DNA from: Paraspadella gotoi
Taxonomy: Eukaryota > Animalia > Chaetognatha
DNA: 64,000 nucleotides
Direction of reading: 5' to 3'
NCBI GenBank assembly: GCA_051294375.1
Contig: CM119264.1
Coordinates: 24,282,002-24,346,001 of the forward strand
Shown here: one piece after another, positions 1 to 31,893 of the stretch
Numbering within the stretch: position 1 is the first letter of the stretch
How the letters are laid out: every line of letters begins with the position of its first letter
Made by a program: the position numbers and the translations under genes
Notes under the pieces: model-generated
Database searches by the model: none
Seen by the model: the letters and a program-made list of their open reading frames with translations, nothing else
Told to the model about the DNA's origin: nothing

Positions 1-1347
1 ATCCCGAAATAAAAAAAAAAGACTTGGAATTTTCAATCCTTTAAACGATTATTCTCCTCTCCTTTTTTCCTTTTGCTTCTATTTCTACTTTCTTCCGCTT
101 TTTCTTTTCCTTTCTTCTTCATTCTTTTCTCATCTCCCCATTTTCCTTTTTTACCGCCTTTTCCCACTTTTCACATGGCTTTTCTTAAAACTCGTTGATG
201 ACTTATTTCGCTTGTAATTTCCATCTTCTTTTATTTTATTTCCTCACATCTTAAAAAATCATCAGCATCATTGTCATCCCTAATCTTCATTATCGTTCTC
301 CTAATGAACTTTATCTCAATCTCTATCTTTTTTTCCCATCTTCTCTATTTCTTTCCTTTCCTCCCTTTCCTCCCATTTCCTCCTTTTTTTTCTTTTTTAA
401 TCCGACTTTTTTTTTTTCCTTCGTCGCTCTTTGAACTAACGCGATTCGCCACGATGGACTTTTACTACTTTTCCCATAAAAAGAGGAAGATAATTTAAAA
501 AAAGAAACTATAAAAAAAAAGGAAAAAAAAAATATCGGATTTTTTTCTCCTTGGCTTAAAAAACTGCGAGATTCGACGCGAACCCAAAAGGGGCGAGCTT
601 TAGAAGCCCTTGACTTAGCTTAACCCTAATATTTATTTATTAGAAACCCTTAAAGGCGTCTTCGTCTTGAGCCACGAAAAAGGGCTAAACCTCACGTCAA
701 ACTCGAAAATTCCTCTTTACAGCGTCACAAAAATAGTGAATTGTGAATGGTGAAACCGCGTGACGCAAAATTCACGTCCTATTCGATTCAAAACTTGAAT
801 TTTTCACAATTTTTTTTCTATCAGCTTTTTTTTTTCCGGCGCTAAAATTATGATGAACACGAAAGGAAAAAAAAAATTATCATCCACTCCTTCCAACCTT
901 CTCCACAGCCCACACCACCGACGCCCCCACTCCACCCCACCACCCACCCCCTCTTATCCCCCTCCTTCCCTCGGAATCAATGTTTAGTCTTTCATTCAGT
1001 TTTTGGTTTCACGACGAAAAAGATTTTCATTCGACGTCGCATAATATTTACTCAATTTCATTGACACNNNNNNNNNNNNNNNNNNNNNNNNNGCGTCGAC
1101 GAGCCGCCAGTCGGTTCTCTAAGCCTTTCACTCGATTGAAATCCCCCCTCTCGCTCGCTCTCTCTCTCTTTATCCTCTCGCTCTCGCTCTTATAGTGAAT
1201 GTCTATTTAACAGGAGCACACTCGAGCGTATGAAAAACTCAACCACCTTCGTTTGTACTCACAAGTCACAAACGTAGTCACTCCGACAAACAATCACTTT
1301 CATTTTTGAGCAACCGCGAACGTGAAAAAAAATTTGAGATACATGAC

Positions 1348-1392
<45 letters not shown>

Positions 1393-2210
1393 ACTCGCTC
1401 TCTACCGTGACGAATGAATAAAAAATAAAATAAAAAATTTACCAATTTCATTACTCGTTAAATAGAAATTAACCGCACTGAATTAATCAGGAGTTCAAGT
1501 TTCACAAAAATCGAGACCGAAGCGGTAAAATTTTTTGTTTTATTCCATACGCCAGCGAAGATCTCGCTGATGGGAAAAATCAATGGCGGACAAATAAATA
1601 AACGAATAATTAACGAAAAAATATGTTATAAATAAGTTCGCGTATAAAAATCCTTGGTTCTCGATAGCCGATCTTCTCTAGAAAAACAATTGAATTCGAA
1701 TGACTAATAACGAGGTTTTCGGCCAAAAGAAAGACGAGAGAAGAATCGTGAAAGCAACTAGTGAAAAGCTCTCGTACGCTTAAAATTGAACCGTGGTTCG
1801 TGAATCGGGAAGACTAAAAACGAACCGAGCTGATTAAATAAATTATTTCTGATTAACCAAGCATTTATTTTCTTCGCAAAATTTGCTTCTGTTTAATCGA
1901 TTTTTTTTTTCAAAATACAATCCGGCTAAAAATATATTTTGAAATTAGTTTAAAATTAAATTTGAAATAAAATTGACTGAAAATTAACTTTATTTACTTT
2001 TGCATCAGTTTTTTTTTTCTTCAGATATATAGTTCAAACTTTAAAAGTTATATTTCATTTTTCCGTTAAAGACCAATAAGTTTTTTTTCGTTTTAATCAT
2101 TTTTTTAAAGATAAATAAAAAAATACATTAAAAGCTTATTCTCACCCATTGTTCGCGATTAATTATTTTCAAATCTTTATTCATTTTTCAGATTATTAAA
2201 AAAAGAAAGT

Positions 2211-3674
2211 ATGAATCTAATTTTCGCATTAGTCGCGTTTTTTTCAATTCTTCACGGAAACTTAATCTCAGGTTAGCCAATGAAGCTTGAATCAAGCACT
2301 ACTTGATGGATTGGTTGATGCAATCAAATTCGAAATTGATTGGTCCATCCCTCAATTCCTTCAGTGTTCGGTGGCCCCACCGATTTCAACAACGCGATTC
2401 CAGATGACGCCCCTCGCGGTCGATCCGGCTGGATGGAACAGGGCCGTCAGGCTGTGCAGGACTCTTTAGCCAAAAAGCTCAACGTCAACAGGTTTTTCGA
2501 TTGTTAGTATGTTATCAAATGTTATTAAATGTTATTTACGATATCGCGGCTAAGCATAAGAATGCTTCCTTTGTTTTTTTTAATGCATTTCATAAATTAA
2601 ACATATGTAAAATTTAATTACTTAAACAGAGCAAAGAACGTGGTGCTATTTATCGCAGATGGTCTTTCTCTGCCGACAGTTGCAGTCGCCAGAATCTTAA
2701 AAGGTTCAAAATATATAATAAATATACTACAATTATATACATCTTATTAAAACTTAAACTAAATAAAAACCTCTTACCCTAGGTCAACTTCAAAACCTGT
2801 CGGGACCAGAACAAAGTTTAATCTTCGAGAAGTTTCCTTACCTTGCCCTCTCCAAGACTTACCAAGTCGACAAACAGGTGAAAGTGTTGGGGGAATAAGC
2901 AATGGGTGTCGACAAGCTGTTCCGAGACGTCATAAAAATACATAACTTCTGCTCTTCAAATCATAAACAAAAACTAAACAATTTTTGATAAAATGGTTTT
3001 TCATTGTCCTGACTCTAAAGCGACTTTCTTCGTTGAATCGAGTCTTCGGCTAAATCGAATTTCCTATGTAAAAAGCGACTTTTTTTGCCTTTAATTCAGG
3101 AATAAGAAAAATCTGATTATGGCGAAAATATTTTTCTGTATTCGTGTACAACAAAGTCCATTTTATTGATATCAAGGTCCCCGATTCGTCAGGAACGGCG
3201 ACGGCGATTCTTAGCGGCGTAAAGACGAACTACGGACTCATTGGTTTCGATGAAAACGTCAAGTTTAAGTTTTGCTCCTCGGAAAAGGTGAGTTGAAGGG
3301 TAAGGTCTCACTCCGTTCTCTATATTATTTTTCTATGTTTTTCCTGCTGATCTTTACTCGTAGATTAGTAATATTTTGAAACAAATGTTTCTTTGTTTCT
3401 CTTTGTTCCTTTTGTATTTGTTTTTGGTCTCCGTGAAAACCCATTATTTTGAGTTAAGCAGTTTTTTGCTCTCTGTTAGCAGATTTATTTTAGACACCTA
3501 TTCCTTTACTATTTCATTTTATTTCATCCAAGCGTTGTGTTTCATTATTTCCCTTTTTCTCCTCTCTCCATCTCTCTCCTCTCTGCACCTCCTCCTCATC
3601 TTCCTCCCCTCATTTCTCATTCCGCGAAATCTAAAAAAGAAAAGTCATTCATTTCTCATGACCTCTCGGTCGTC

Positions 3675-3717
<43 letters not shown>

Positions 3718-5645
3718 GGCCAGCCATATTTTGTCCATTCTATACCATTGTTCTTCTGTTCCCCCCCGTTTTTCAGTCTGACCACCGCGTTGCGTCTTTT
3801 CTGACCCGCGGGTCACGCGCCGGGAAACGCGCGGGAGTGGTGACGACGACGAGAGTGACGCACGCGACGCCAGCGTCGGCCTACGCCCACTCCGCCTCTC
3901 GATACTGGGAGAGGTGAGTTCTGGTTGGGAGAGTTTAAAGGGGAATTGGTAAGTCGTAAGAGAAAATCTTGAATGGTAAAATCCAGTTTAAAATATACCC
4001 ATAAGTTTAAAAAGTCTAACTTTAAAAGGGTAATTGGGTAAGAACCGTCAAAATGTGTCGACGAACAGTTAAAGTAAGGTAAAACTTTAAAAAAAGTAGG
4101 CATTTCGATTAGCTTGTCCAAAATGTTCGAAAAAGTAATTTTAAAATCCTTTTCCACCAACTATTTAGACGTTTCCTCTCGTTTATATCCGAAATAACAA
4201 TATCCGATTGAAACGAACCCAAAAATATAAAAATTCAAATCTCAGGTTGAAAGCGGGGATTGCAGTGGGAATTTTATTGCGATCGATTTAATACTCAAAA
4301 ACTCGGTTTAGCATCGAGTCAGTTTAAAGAAATCGATTCTCGATCGGAGGATTTTATTTAGCGAAGAAAACGCGTGGTTCCGCCATCGAAAGGTCTTTCC
4401 AATAAAACCGCTTTATATTCCCGAATTTCTTATATGAACCCTTTCGTCGACGGGAGACGGAATTCGTGGTCGCGACGAAATCGCGCGCGAAAACACGATG
4501 TGGATATTTCACGTTTTTGGATTTGCTTTGAAAAGGAGATTGTTCAAGATAGTTGTTTTTGCTTTTAAAAGCAGATTTTGAGACTGTATTGTGAACGGTT
4601 TTTAAAAGCAGATTTTTGAAAAGGTTTTTGGATTGGCTTTTAAAAGCTCACTTTTAAAATAGTTATGCTTTGTGAGGACGTGCATTATTTCTACCGAAAA
4701 GCTAAATTAGCTAAAAATGGATTCTATCTCTCTCTCTGTTTTTCTATCTCTCCATCTCTATCTCTCTATCTTTCTGAGTTTTTCACACATCACTCTGGTT
4801 GGTTTTGCGCTCTCTCTCTCTCTCTAATTGGAGTATGGAGGGCCAAAAGTTAGTCCTTATTTGACGACGTTTGTGTAAAGGGAACCAATAACCGATATCC
4901 ATGCCCGGTGGCAACCAGGATCTCTTTTTTCCTTCTTTCTTTCCCTCTCTATATATTATATTTTATTTTTCATCTAAGACTATATAGTAGTATTATCATT
5001 GCGAGGTTTTTGATAAGTGTTTTGCGAATTAGTATTTAACGTTTTTCTGCGTCATAATAACAAGTTAACAATCATGTCTCCTTCTCCACCGATCCCGTCC
5101 TTTCTCCCTCAACCCCCCCCCTCAGATTGTGGGTCAGAAAGACAGCTGGGAGTACCGCCATCTTCCGCGGAATCGGGGACACGGACGGCAACTGCACCGA
5201 CATCGCGCAGCAGCTCGTCGAGAATGACCACGGGATCGACCTTATCATGGGCGGAGGTTAGTAGGGGGTTGTTCGGCGGGATGGGGTAGAGTAGAAAAGG
5301 GTGCGTTGACGGGAGAGGAATAGGATATCTGTATGAAAACAACTGAGAGAAAAGGCATTTAATTTTTTTTCACCAAAAAGTTGAGAAATGTGTCACTCGA
5401 AAGGTGCGCCGAGTCACGTGTCACGGTTGAATCTGTTTTGAAAGGAGAAATAAAATAGAACCTCGGAGGTCACGCGTCCTAAGCGAGGAAGGTCGTGAAT
5501 CCAACCCAGTCGCTCTAACGCGGTCCCGTCACGACCCGAGACGGAAGGGAACACAAACATCTCCCGGATGTCATTAATTCTACGGCGAAAAATAATTCAT
5601 CGCTTGAATTAAAAGCCATTAGGGAGACAGAAAAGAAGCATTTCT

Positions 5646-5679
<34 letters not shown>

Positions 5680-8600
5680 GTATGCCATCGTCGCTCCTAT
5701 TTTTCACCGCATCTCTCCAGAGATTCTCTTTAATTAATATCGTCCGACTTTGTTTTTTTTTTCTGTTTTTTCTTTTTTTCTGTTTTTGTTGTTGTTTTCC
5801 TTGGCATTCTCCCCCGTGGCTATCGCTCCTCGGTCATCCCCCATTTTTTTATTCGCAGGAAGACGCGACTCAATAAGAAGCTTTTCTGGTCTGTCTTCAA
5901 TTTTCTCCTTTCTTTATATTTCCTTCCTTAATAGTTAATTTGTATCTTTTTCCTTCCATTGTATTTTTCTAAATTATTTTTTTTGTAAACGTTTTCGTTT
6001 CCTTCCTTCCTTCCTTCCTTCCTTCCTTCCTTCCTTCCTTCCTTCCTTCCTTCCTTCCTTCCTTGCTTTTCCATTTCTTTCCATCTGCTTCGTTTCCCTT
6101 TACTTCATTCCTTATTCTTTTCTTCTTCTTTACACATCTCCTGTTCTCCCTTTATTCTTTTCCCACATTTAATCGATCCTTCTCCTGTTCCCATCTCTCC
6201 CATCCCACGCCACAATGTCCAGGACGCCAAAACTTCCTCCCCACCGCTTCGCCGGATCCGGTCGACGCCGCCGCAAAAGGAAAGCGACCGGACGGACGCG
6301 ACATGTCGAGCGAGTGGCGCCTGAAACAGGAGAGCGCCCGGAAGAAGCACGCCGTCCTCTGGAACAAGGAGCAGTTGGACAACCTGGACGAAGACGTCGA
6401 CAAAGTGTTGGGACTCTTCGCTCCGAGCCACATACCGTTTGAAGGAGAGAGGGATAAGGCGAAAGGCGAGTCCGTTTTGTCTCTTTGTCTATGAAATTGG
6501 TACAACCGATGTAAAAATTATCCATTCATTCAATAAATAAGATATCTTGCCCGTGACTTTGAACAGGCTTAGGTGGGAATGTCAGTATGTCAGTTTCAGT
6601 CTGTCAGTGTTAGTTTGTCACTCTGAATCTTGTCTAAGTTCCTCAGTCTCAGGCCGTCAGTCTGTCCATCATTTCAAGTCGGTCTGTCCGTCTCAGTTGG
6701 CCAATAACCACTTTAAAGTATTCAACTCCCCTTCCAGTTCCGTCTTTGGCCGAAATGACGGAGAAGGCCATCAAAGTCCTGAGCAGAAAATCTGAGGGAT
6801 TCTTTCTGCTGGTGGAGGCGGGAAGGATCGACCACGGTCACCACAACGGGAAGGCGAGGCAGGCGCTGGAGGAAACTCTCGGCCTGGACGAGGGTGAGTG
6901 CCTGTTGTGTCAGGCGATGGATGAGGACGAGTTGCTGTTGCGACAGGTAATGGATGAGGTGAGTTGCTGTTGTGCCAGGCGATGGATGAGGACGAGTTGC
7001 TGTTGTCAGGTAATGGATGAGGTGAGTTGCTGTTGTGTCATGCGATGGATTAGCAAGAAGTTACATTGTGGTAATGTGGAATATTTCGGTGCCGACCACC
7101 GTTTCTGGAGGATTCATTAGGTTGTTTTAGTTCAACTCGCTGATGTGAAAAGCAAAACTAAGCATTAAAGAGTCAATTATCATATTTTCTTTATATTTTG
7201 TAAATTTCACTTAATCTATAAATCATTTAGCTTAGAAAAAAAAGTAAGATAACATCTTTCTCTGAGTTAAATAACTTAAGTAATTTTTTTTAAAAACAGA
7301 TTTAATTTCTCATTGTTTCTTTCTCTCTCTCTTATCTTCTTAATTACGCCTTCAGGAATTTAATCTTGGCAATAATTATAGAGAAAATGACAAAAAAGTT
7401 TTTTTTTCCTCGCCATATAAAATTTAAAAAAAACACAATTTTTATTCGTCGTCCTATTCAAAGAATTAGAAGTCAGAATCGATTTTCGAAATCGTCACGT
7501 GATTTTCACACTCGAATGACTCGGGATCATTTTTCGGTCGATTTACTTCAATCATATATCGATTTCATATCGAAAAAAAGATCTAGAGCGTTGACACTTA
7601 GTTGATGAGGCACGAGATTGAGCTAAGTCTTGGCACTCCGGTACCGATTCTGTCGCTATTTTTAGGTCAATGGACAAGAGCGAATTGACCCGACTGAGAA
7701 ATTTTAGACACTAAGTCAGTCGTTACAAATTTTGAAGTTTTTGCTTATTAGTTTCTGAAGAAATAAATATTTAGTTGGTAGCATCCGTGATTAATCGGAT
7801 TAAGAAGAAATTGGAGTCGGAGATAAGCAAATGATGAACTCCCAAATCGAGTGTAAAGGTGACGGACGATGAAAATTTGCCACTCCCGTCTCGATCAGTA
7901 TCGGTATTTGATGATTAGTTTAAAAAACCCACTGCTACTGGGAGATCGTTGTGGGCGATGCTCCGTCACCCAGCAGCTTCTTGGTTAATTTCTCAACTGT
8001 TCTTTTATCTCGATCTTAAAAAACGTTTTTTTCCTCCGCAGCCGTGAATTCGGCGCTGCGGTCGACGAATCCCGATGAGACTCTCGTCATCGTGACTTCG
8101 GATCACAGCCACGTCTTCGCTTTCGGTGGATATCCGCAGAGAAGTGAGGACATTCGGATATGAGAGGCGTTGGGAGGGGGATGGAAGTTGTGGCATTATT
8201 TAAAAAGAGAATTCCTTGGGGTAAATCATTAGGAGTTGATGAAAGGATAAAAGGGTAAATGATGAATGAGACAAGAGAGAGAATAACTATTTTCATCGGA
8301 AAGAAAAGGAGTAAAGAAGAAAGAGAATAAAAAGTTGGTCGAGTGGTTGATTGTTGTGGTGGTTGCTGCGATTTGCAGTCTCATCCAACATTTGACTTGT
8401 AAAATAACGAATTAAACGCGGTAATGCCTAATAATTATAGTATATAACTCATACCTTTATTAATCAAATCACAGCACTTCATAAAACCGTACCCCTCAAA
8501 AAATATATTAATGAAAACTACCCGAATCCGAAATTTAAAGACTTATAAGCTGGCATTTCTTCACTATTGTATAATATTGTATGTACCCTCCCCAACACCT

Positions 8601-9760
8601 TTCCTCCAAACGACAGATAATCCCATCTACGGTTTCGACAATCAACAGATAGGCACCGACGATCTCACCTACACTCCGTTGCTATACGGGAACGGTCCCG
8701 GGTTCAAGACCCGACGCAACCTCACCATAGAAGACGTCAGCGCCTTCAACTACAAGCAGGACGCTGCGGTTCCGACGAGATCGGAGACCCACGGCGGGGA
8801 GGACGTTCCGATTTACGCCACGGGTGAAGAGATGCTGGGGGGGAGGGTTTATTTCTTTTATTTCTTTTGTTTCAATAGAGCTACAGAACCTGGCCCTTTT
8901 ATGACCTCAGCACTTTGCCATTTCTTTTCTTTTCTTTTCTTTTCTTTTCTTTTCTTTTCTTTTCTTTTCTTTTCTTTTCTTTTCTTTTCTTTTCTTTTCT
9001 TTTCTTTTCTTTTCTTTTCTTTTCTTTTCTTTTCTTTTCTTTTCTTTTCTTTTCTTTTCTTTTCTTTTTCTTTACCCTTTCTTTATCTTTCTCTCTCTTG
9101 TTTTGAGTCTTTTTTTCTCCATCGCTCGGCCCTTTATAAATTATACTCTCACTACTCGACGACTCTCACGGGTCATCTTTACGCTTTCCCTTCTGTCTTT
9201 TACCCTATTTGTCCCTCGGCTCTTATATTTACACATCTTCCTGTTTCTGTGCTCTTCTGTTTTTCTATCTTTCTCTTCTGCCCGCCTGAATAAATTTTTT
9301 TTTCTCATTATTCATAAACACGGCAAGCGAATGCATTTTTCTGTTTCTCTAGTAGCCTTCATTTCATTTCTGTTTCTCTAGTAGCCTTCATTTCATTTCT
9401 GTTTCTCTAGTAGCCTTCATTTCATTTCTGTTTCTCTTGTAGCCTTCATTTCATTTCCTTGACGCTCCAATGGAGAGTCTCCAACCCCCTCAGCTCATTC
9501 TTTCTCCACTCAATACTTTCTCAACGCCGCCTCCCAACTTTCAAACAGGTCCCTTTGCTCATTTGTTCTCCGGCGTCGTGGAACAGAACTTCGTCGCCCA
9601 CGCGATTCTCTTCGCTTCCTGCGTCGCCGACTTTGGCGAGGGCGCCGACCACTGCCCGCCGGCGTCGATCGCTTCGAAGTTGGCGGCGCCGTCCAAGGCG
9701 ATCGTCGCGGCGGCGACGACGACAGCGGCGGCGATTTTGCTCGCCGGGCGACGACGATGA
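2211..9760 (+). CDS. ALP: Alkaline phosphatase (metazoan ALPL/TNAP-like), 12 coding exons, 551 aa, signal peptide and probable GPI-anchor signal
   Basis: Exons 2211-2271, 2365-2491, 2630-2703, 2783-2877, 3177-3287, 3777-3913, 5126-5256, 6223-6465, 6738-6893, 8042-8143, 8617-8823 and 9549-9760 join in consistent phase (1656 nt). Motifs: signal peptide [47 protein letters not shown] (catalytic Ser), [90 protein letters not shown], and a hydrophobic C-terminus. Intron 8 needs a GC donor. Confidence 0.95.
6886..7050 (+). repeat. ~32-34 bp tandem repeat at the start of ALP intron 9, reiterating donor-like GAGGTGAGT
   Basis: Units such as GATGGATGAGG(AC/T)GAGTTGCTGTTGTGTCAGG, ~5 copies. Confidence 0.8.
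8921..9065. repeat. (TTTTC)n microsatellite
   Basis: Direct observation. Confidence 0.95.
9336..9457. repeat. 30-bp minisatellite x4
   Basis: TTTCTGTTTCTCTAGTAGCCTTCATTTCAT repeated. Confidence 0.9.
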
Positions 9761-10426
9761 CGACGACGATGAGAAGAACGACGATGGCATTTTTGTTTCT
9801 TTGTGAAAATTACTCGAAATTACTTAGTAAATTTTTTCTTTCTTTTTCGTTTCTTTGGAATTTGAGATGAGAAAAGTTTTCTTTGTCTTCAAAACGATTT
9901 TTTTAATGAAAAAAAAATTGGTTTCGTAAACAAAGAAAACTTTTCCTATTTAAATTACCTAATTTTTAAGAAGCGAGTGCGTCGGAATCTCATAAAAATA
10001 ATCTATTTTATTACTCATTAGGTTCAAATTGTCAATTTTCATAAAATATCTTACGCATGTAAAAAACATTTTCACCTTTGCTACTCACTATGATAACAAT
10101 AATAAACATTCTCGTATTATTGAATTTGCTAGTTTGACTATCGAATTTTTGCTGTTCTTTCATTTTACTTCTTGTAAGTATTGTACTAATACTATATTGT
10201 ATAATAACTGTAATAGCAACAGTTTTTGCATTAGACATTTTTTTTCTTCGTACCTGTTTAACTGTTTATCAATAAAACATGTGACCTTTTCGTCGTGAAT
10301 ATATTTTTTTTTCTTTCCAAAATCTTCAAAGTGAATTCGTAATTAAAATTCTCTCGGTTCTTCTGGGAGCAAAAAAAGTACATGGATTTACCAAGACAAC
10401 GTGTGAAGCATTGGGAAGAGAGAGAG

Positions 10427-10518
<92 letters not shown>

Positions 10519-13500
10519 AAGATTCAGGGATACTTATCAAAGATATTGGGAATATATAGATAAATTAGAGATCAAACTTATTCAGCTAATTGCTTGATAC
10601 AACTTGGTATGACAACAGAAAATTTAAAACAGAATTAAACTTATCAATATCATCTAGACAAATTGAAAAGACAGATAAATTCGTCTGCTTCTCATTTCCT
10701 GATGCTCTTCCTTTTCTCCTTTGGTATTTTAAAATACTACGTTTGGTTCGCGCAAATTGTTAGCAAAAAAACGTTTACGGTAAAGAGACTTTTTTGTGCT
10801 CAAAATACTGAAAGAGCGTGTAATTAGCTTGGTGGTCGTCTTTTTCCACAGCCTTTTGTTGTAACGAATGAGATCGAGGTAAAAAAACAAAAGTGAACAA
10901 CCGTTTTTTACACAAAGAGGAGGGGGAGAAAGTGAGGGGAAAGGGAGAAAGAAGGAAAGAGCGGGAGGGAGAGCGAGAGAGCCGTCGTCTGATTACCTCC
11001 TTTCACGTGGCCCCCCATTTAGAGACGAAGGAAAGACAAAAGATTCAAAACTTTTTCGTATTTAAAACTTTTTCTTTAAAAAATTGACAACGAAAACCGC
11101 TCGATCTTTCAAACAAACTTTTTCAAATGTTTCCATGTAGGTCGCTTCAGTACTAAAACCGTTGAAATTTGAAATTTGAAATTTCTAGATTCACAAAAAA
11201 ATTAAAACACGAATGACAAAAAACCAGAAAAAAAAACACAGAAAAACAATAACAGGAAAAAAAAAACAACAAAATATGTCCCTCGTCGGTTTTCCGTCGC
11301 TCAGTTTACGTTCGTCACGCTTTAACCCCGGTTCCATCCTTTCTCTTTGACGCGTTTCCCTCGAGAATGCCACGTCGCGACGTCACCTCATACCTCGTCA
11401 TGATTCGCCGTACCATTCCATGCTACGCTACGCCACGCCGCGCCATTCTCGATAGAATCCCAAACTTGGCAGGGAAGGTTCGGAGTTCGCGCCCGAGTCG
11501 AAACGAGTTAGACCGCGTGACGTGGGATGAATACGAGAGACGTTGTCTCGTCCCCGTTTCGTACAAATGATAGAAAGATAGAACTTTTATAATTGAATCA
11601 GCGGAAAAATTATTATTCCTCAACGTACTATAGTTGATACCAATTAACTTTATTTTGTAAATTGAATGGTGAGCGAAAATAACTTCATCTTGTCATTGTT
11701 GATAAAGTAACGTTACGGTTGAAGATCGTTTTTATACGCACTCACATACGAATCTGCAAACGAATGAACAAACGAACGACAAATACGCAAACGCCTTTCA
11801 GATGTCTTATTTTATTCAAAATTTCTAAAAGATACATTACGTTCGCGGTTTAATGTACATTGTACAATTGTGTAGCAAAATATTTTGTGGTTCATTTAAA
11901 ATGAGCTTAAGTTCTTCAATCTCATTTACATATATATCGTTGCAGTTTCGCTACGGTTTTTCATTGAAGTCTTAATTTATTATTTTGGGAATACTTTTCA
12001 TAGGGTTTATTAACAATTTACATACCGGTAAATTCTAAACAAAGTACGAAACTATCTAAATTCTTATTTCTGCTTAGACAGCTTACCTAGAGAGAAGCGG
12101 ATCCCTGTTTAAACATTAAAAACTTATAAAAAAACATTTATTCTAAAACTCCTTTTTTCCCTCCCCCCGCGGTTATTTAAAAGAATAAAATTCGAACCAT
12201 TTAACGAAATCCTTTCCTCCATTTTTTTCCCGCCCAGCGAATCAGAGGGAGAGAGACAAGAACAACAAAAAAAGTGTTTCATATTTGTGGCAAACATTAA
12301 ATCGGCGGCGTCTCTCCGAGTAGACTTTTGTTTTGAACGGGGAAAAACTATTTTTCATTTCGTCCGCTTGAGGGAGGCGGTGTAGGGGAGGGGGCGGTGT
12401 AGGGTTGGTGTTTGGGTAGGGTAGGGTTTGTGCAGGGTTTGTTGGCTTTGCGACGGTAATGAAATGGCGAGCGGTGTGGCGATGGAGTTGAGAATCGTGG
12501 GAACGTGTTGAGAGATCAGGCGACGATGGAAAACTGGCGGTGGGTTAGCGGGATGGATTGGTAGCAATGGATGAAAGGATCGTGTGGCAACGGAAGACTG
12601 GCCTTGGTTGGCAACACAATTGATGATCGGATGGCAGGAGATCGAGTGGCAATGTATAATGAGATATCAGGTGGATGAATGAAAGAAGAATGTGGGAGGA
12701 AACGATGAGAGAAGCGAAGCTGAGGCAACGATAACCATCGTTTGAAAATAAAAATGGCTGAAGCGTTTTTTTGATTGAAGACCAAGATATACATTCTTTG
12801 GTGATGGCGATTTTCTCGGTGATAGTCGACGGTGCGTGGCGATGAATGGGTGACAATGAATCGTGTCTATGAATTATAATTTTGAGAAACGATGACTAAT
12901 GACAGTCATTTACGAATGAATGAGGAATGACAAAGAGGGCCAATTGGCCAATCCGAATCCAGGTGATGAAAAAGTGAATATTCTTTTTTTTTTAAAGAAA
13001 AGGCAAGAGAAGCGAATGGGGTTTTAAGTGGTGAGAGTATAAGGAGCGTCGACGGCAGCGGCTGGAGCGTCAGCGGCTGCAGGGGCGACGACGGCTGCAT
13101 GGAGCAACTAATGGAATCGGCGCTGGCNNNNNNNNNNAAAAATGACAGATGGCTTTGGTTACAAATTAAAAACAGAAAAAAAAATAACAAAAACAAACGG
13201 AGAAAAAAAAAACAACAAAAGCTTAAAAAAAAAACCCCATAAAGAAATTACTAAAAAAGACTATCAAACTAGGAGTGATTTTTCTCTGGCCTTTCTCACT
13301 GTTACTACCAACTTTTAAAAAGAATCAAGGAGTCAAGTATTTAGCTTTTTCTTGTGTTTGTTGAAGTCGTAATGATAAATCGTAACAAGAGATTACTATA
13401 TCAAGACAAGGTAACGTAATGAAGATAATGAATCGACAATTTCGGAGATAGAAAAACAAAATTTCGTTATTGTACAATCTTCATCGGTAAAAAAAAATTA

Positions 13501-14813
13501 TGCGGGCTGGAGTTGTCCAAAAAAGAAAACAACATTGAACAGCTTAGTTTTTTTTTTAAAGAAAACCTATTTTTAAAAGTTCAATGTGTTGTTTAAATCT
13601 TTATACGAAAATAAAATCGCTAAAAAAAAATAAAGTGAAATAGAAAAAAAGTTGATATGATTTCGTCGAGAAGCGATTGACAGAGAAAATTTTAACCGGA
13701 GCCAGCTACAAGCAATCACCGAGGTAATCAACTAGCAATCAAGTCGTCAATCAACTAGCAATCAAGTAGGCGATCACCGATGCAATCTCCTCACAAGAGG
13801 CCCTCGTCAACTCGAGTCAAACGACGACTTTTTTTTTTTTTGTAAATGACGATGGCAACACAGAGGCACAACTTTTGGATGTTTTGAGGTCATAAAAAGT
13901 GAATTCGTGAGTCAAAAATCAGGAATTCGAAATATGAAATATTTGGAAACGCAAAAAGTTCTCGAGTTTTACCCAATAACGTGACAGTTTTTAAAAAATT
14001 GAAAAAAAAAAACAACTTACGTTAAAAGAAGCCCGGGAGTTACAGTAAGGCGTTGACGATCATTACAGAGACGATCGAGCGAAGCAAAAAACAAACAAAC
14101 AAACATGAGATAATCAAGAAAATGAAAAAGCGATAGCGAATCACGAGTTGTAAAAGAAACAATCTCTTTGGTCCTATTGTTTTGTTGGTAATCAAATCGG
14201 ATGAGAAAAGTGAGAGAAGAAGAAGGAGAAGAAGAAGAAGAGAGAAGAAGGAGAAGAAGAAGAAGAAGAAGAGAGAAGAAGAAGAGAGAAGAAGGAGAAG
14301 TAGAAGAGAGAAGAAGGAGAAGAAGAAGAAGAAGAAGAAGAGAGAAGAAAAGAAGAAGCAAAGGGAAAAGTAAAAAAAAAGGTTAAAAAAAAAAAAGAAA
14401 TGGGAGAAAAAAAAAAAATTGGAGTTTGAGAAAACAAAGCATGTAATTATTTATAAACTGAACGCTTAGTAAAAAAAAAAGGGAGTGAAAAAATGTAGAT
14501 AAAAAAAGATTAGAAAAAGTCAAGGAAATAAGAAATGGAATGAAATAAAAAGAAAAAAAGGAATGACAACTTGGCGGAAATCAGTAGAACGAAAACAAAA
14601 TAGACGAAAGAAAAACCAAGGGTCAAAAACTTTATGATCCTGAAGAATAAATAACGTCATTGAAAATCTGAGACTGGAGCTGAAAAGAGTGTTTAGGGAC
14701 AGCATGGGGACGGGGTTATGCACTAATAATGCCATTTTGATAATCGGAAAGAATATCACTATCATTCCGGGTGTTTATTGCCAAGAGAAAGAAAAGAGAG
14801 GGAAAGAAAAGAA

Positions 14814-14960
<147 letters not shown>

Positions 14961-15074
14961 AAAAACAGGGAAAGAGAAGAAATAGTCCGAAAAAATACAC
15001 AGAAATGAAAGAAAAATTCCCCAAAAACCAAACAAAAGGCAAAACAAAAACTCCGAGAAAACAAAAAAGGCCTC

Positions 15075-31893
<16,819 letters not shown>

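Noticed and set aside
578-700. TAACCCTAA telomere-like words (also near 63980)
   Set aside because: Isolated copies, not an array.
12355-13127. Moderately GC-rich ORFs beside the 10-N gap
   Set aside because: No recognisable motif or consistent splice chain; cannot be supported as a gene.
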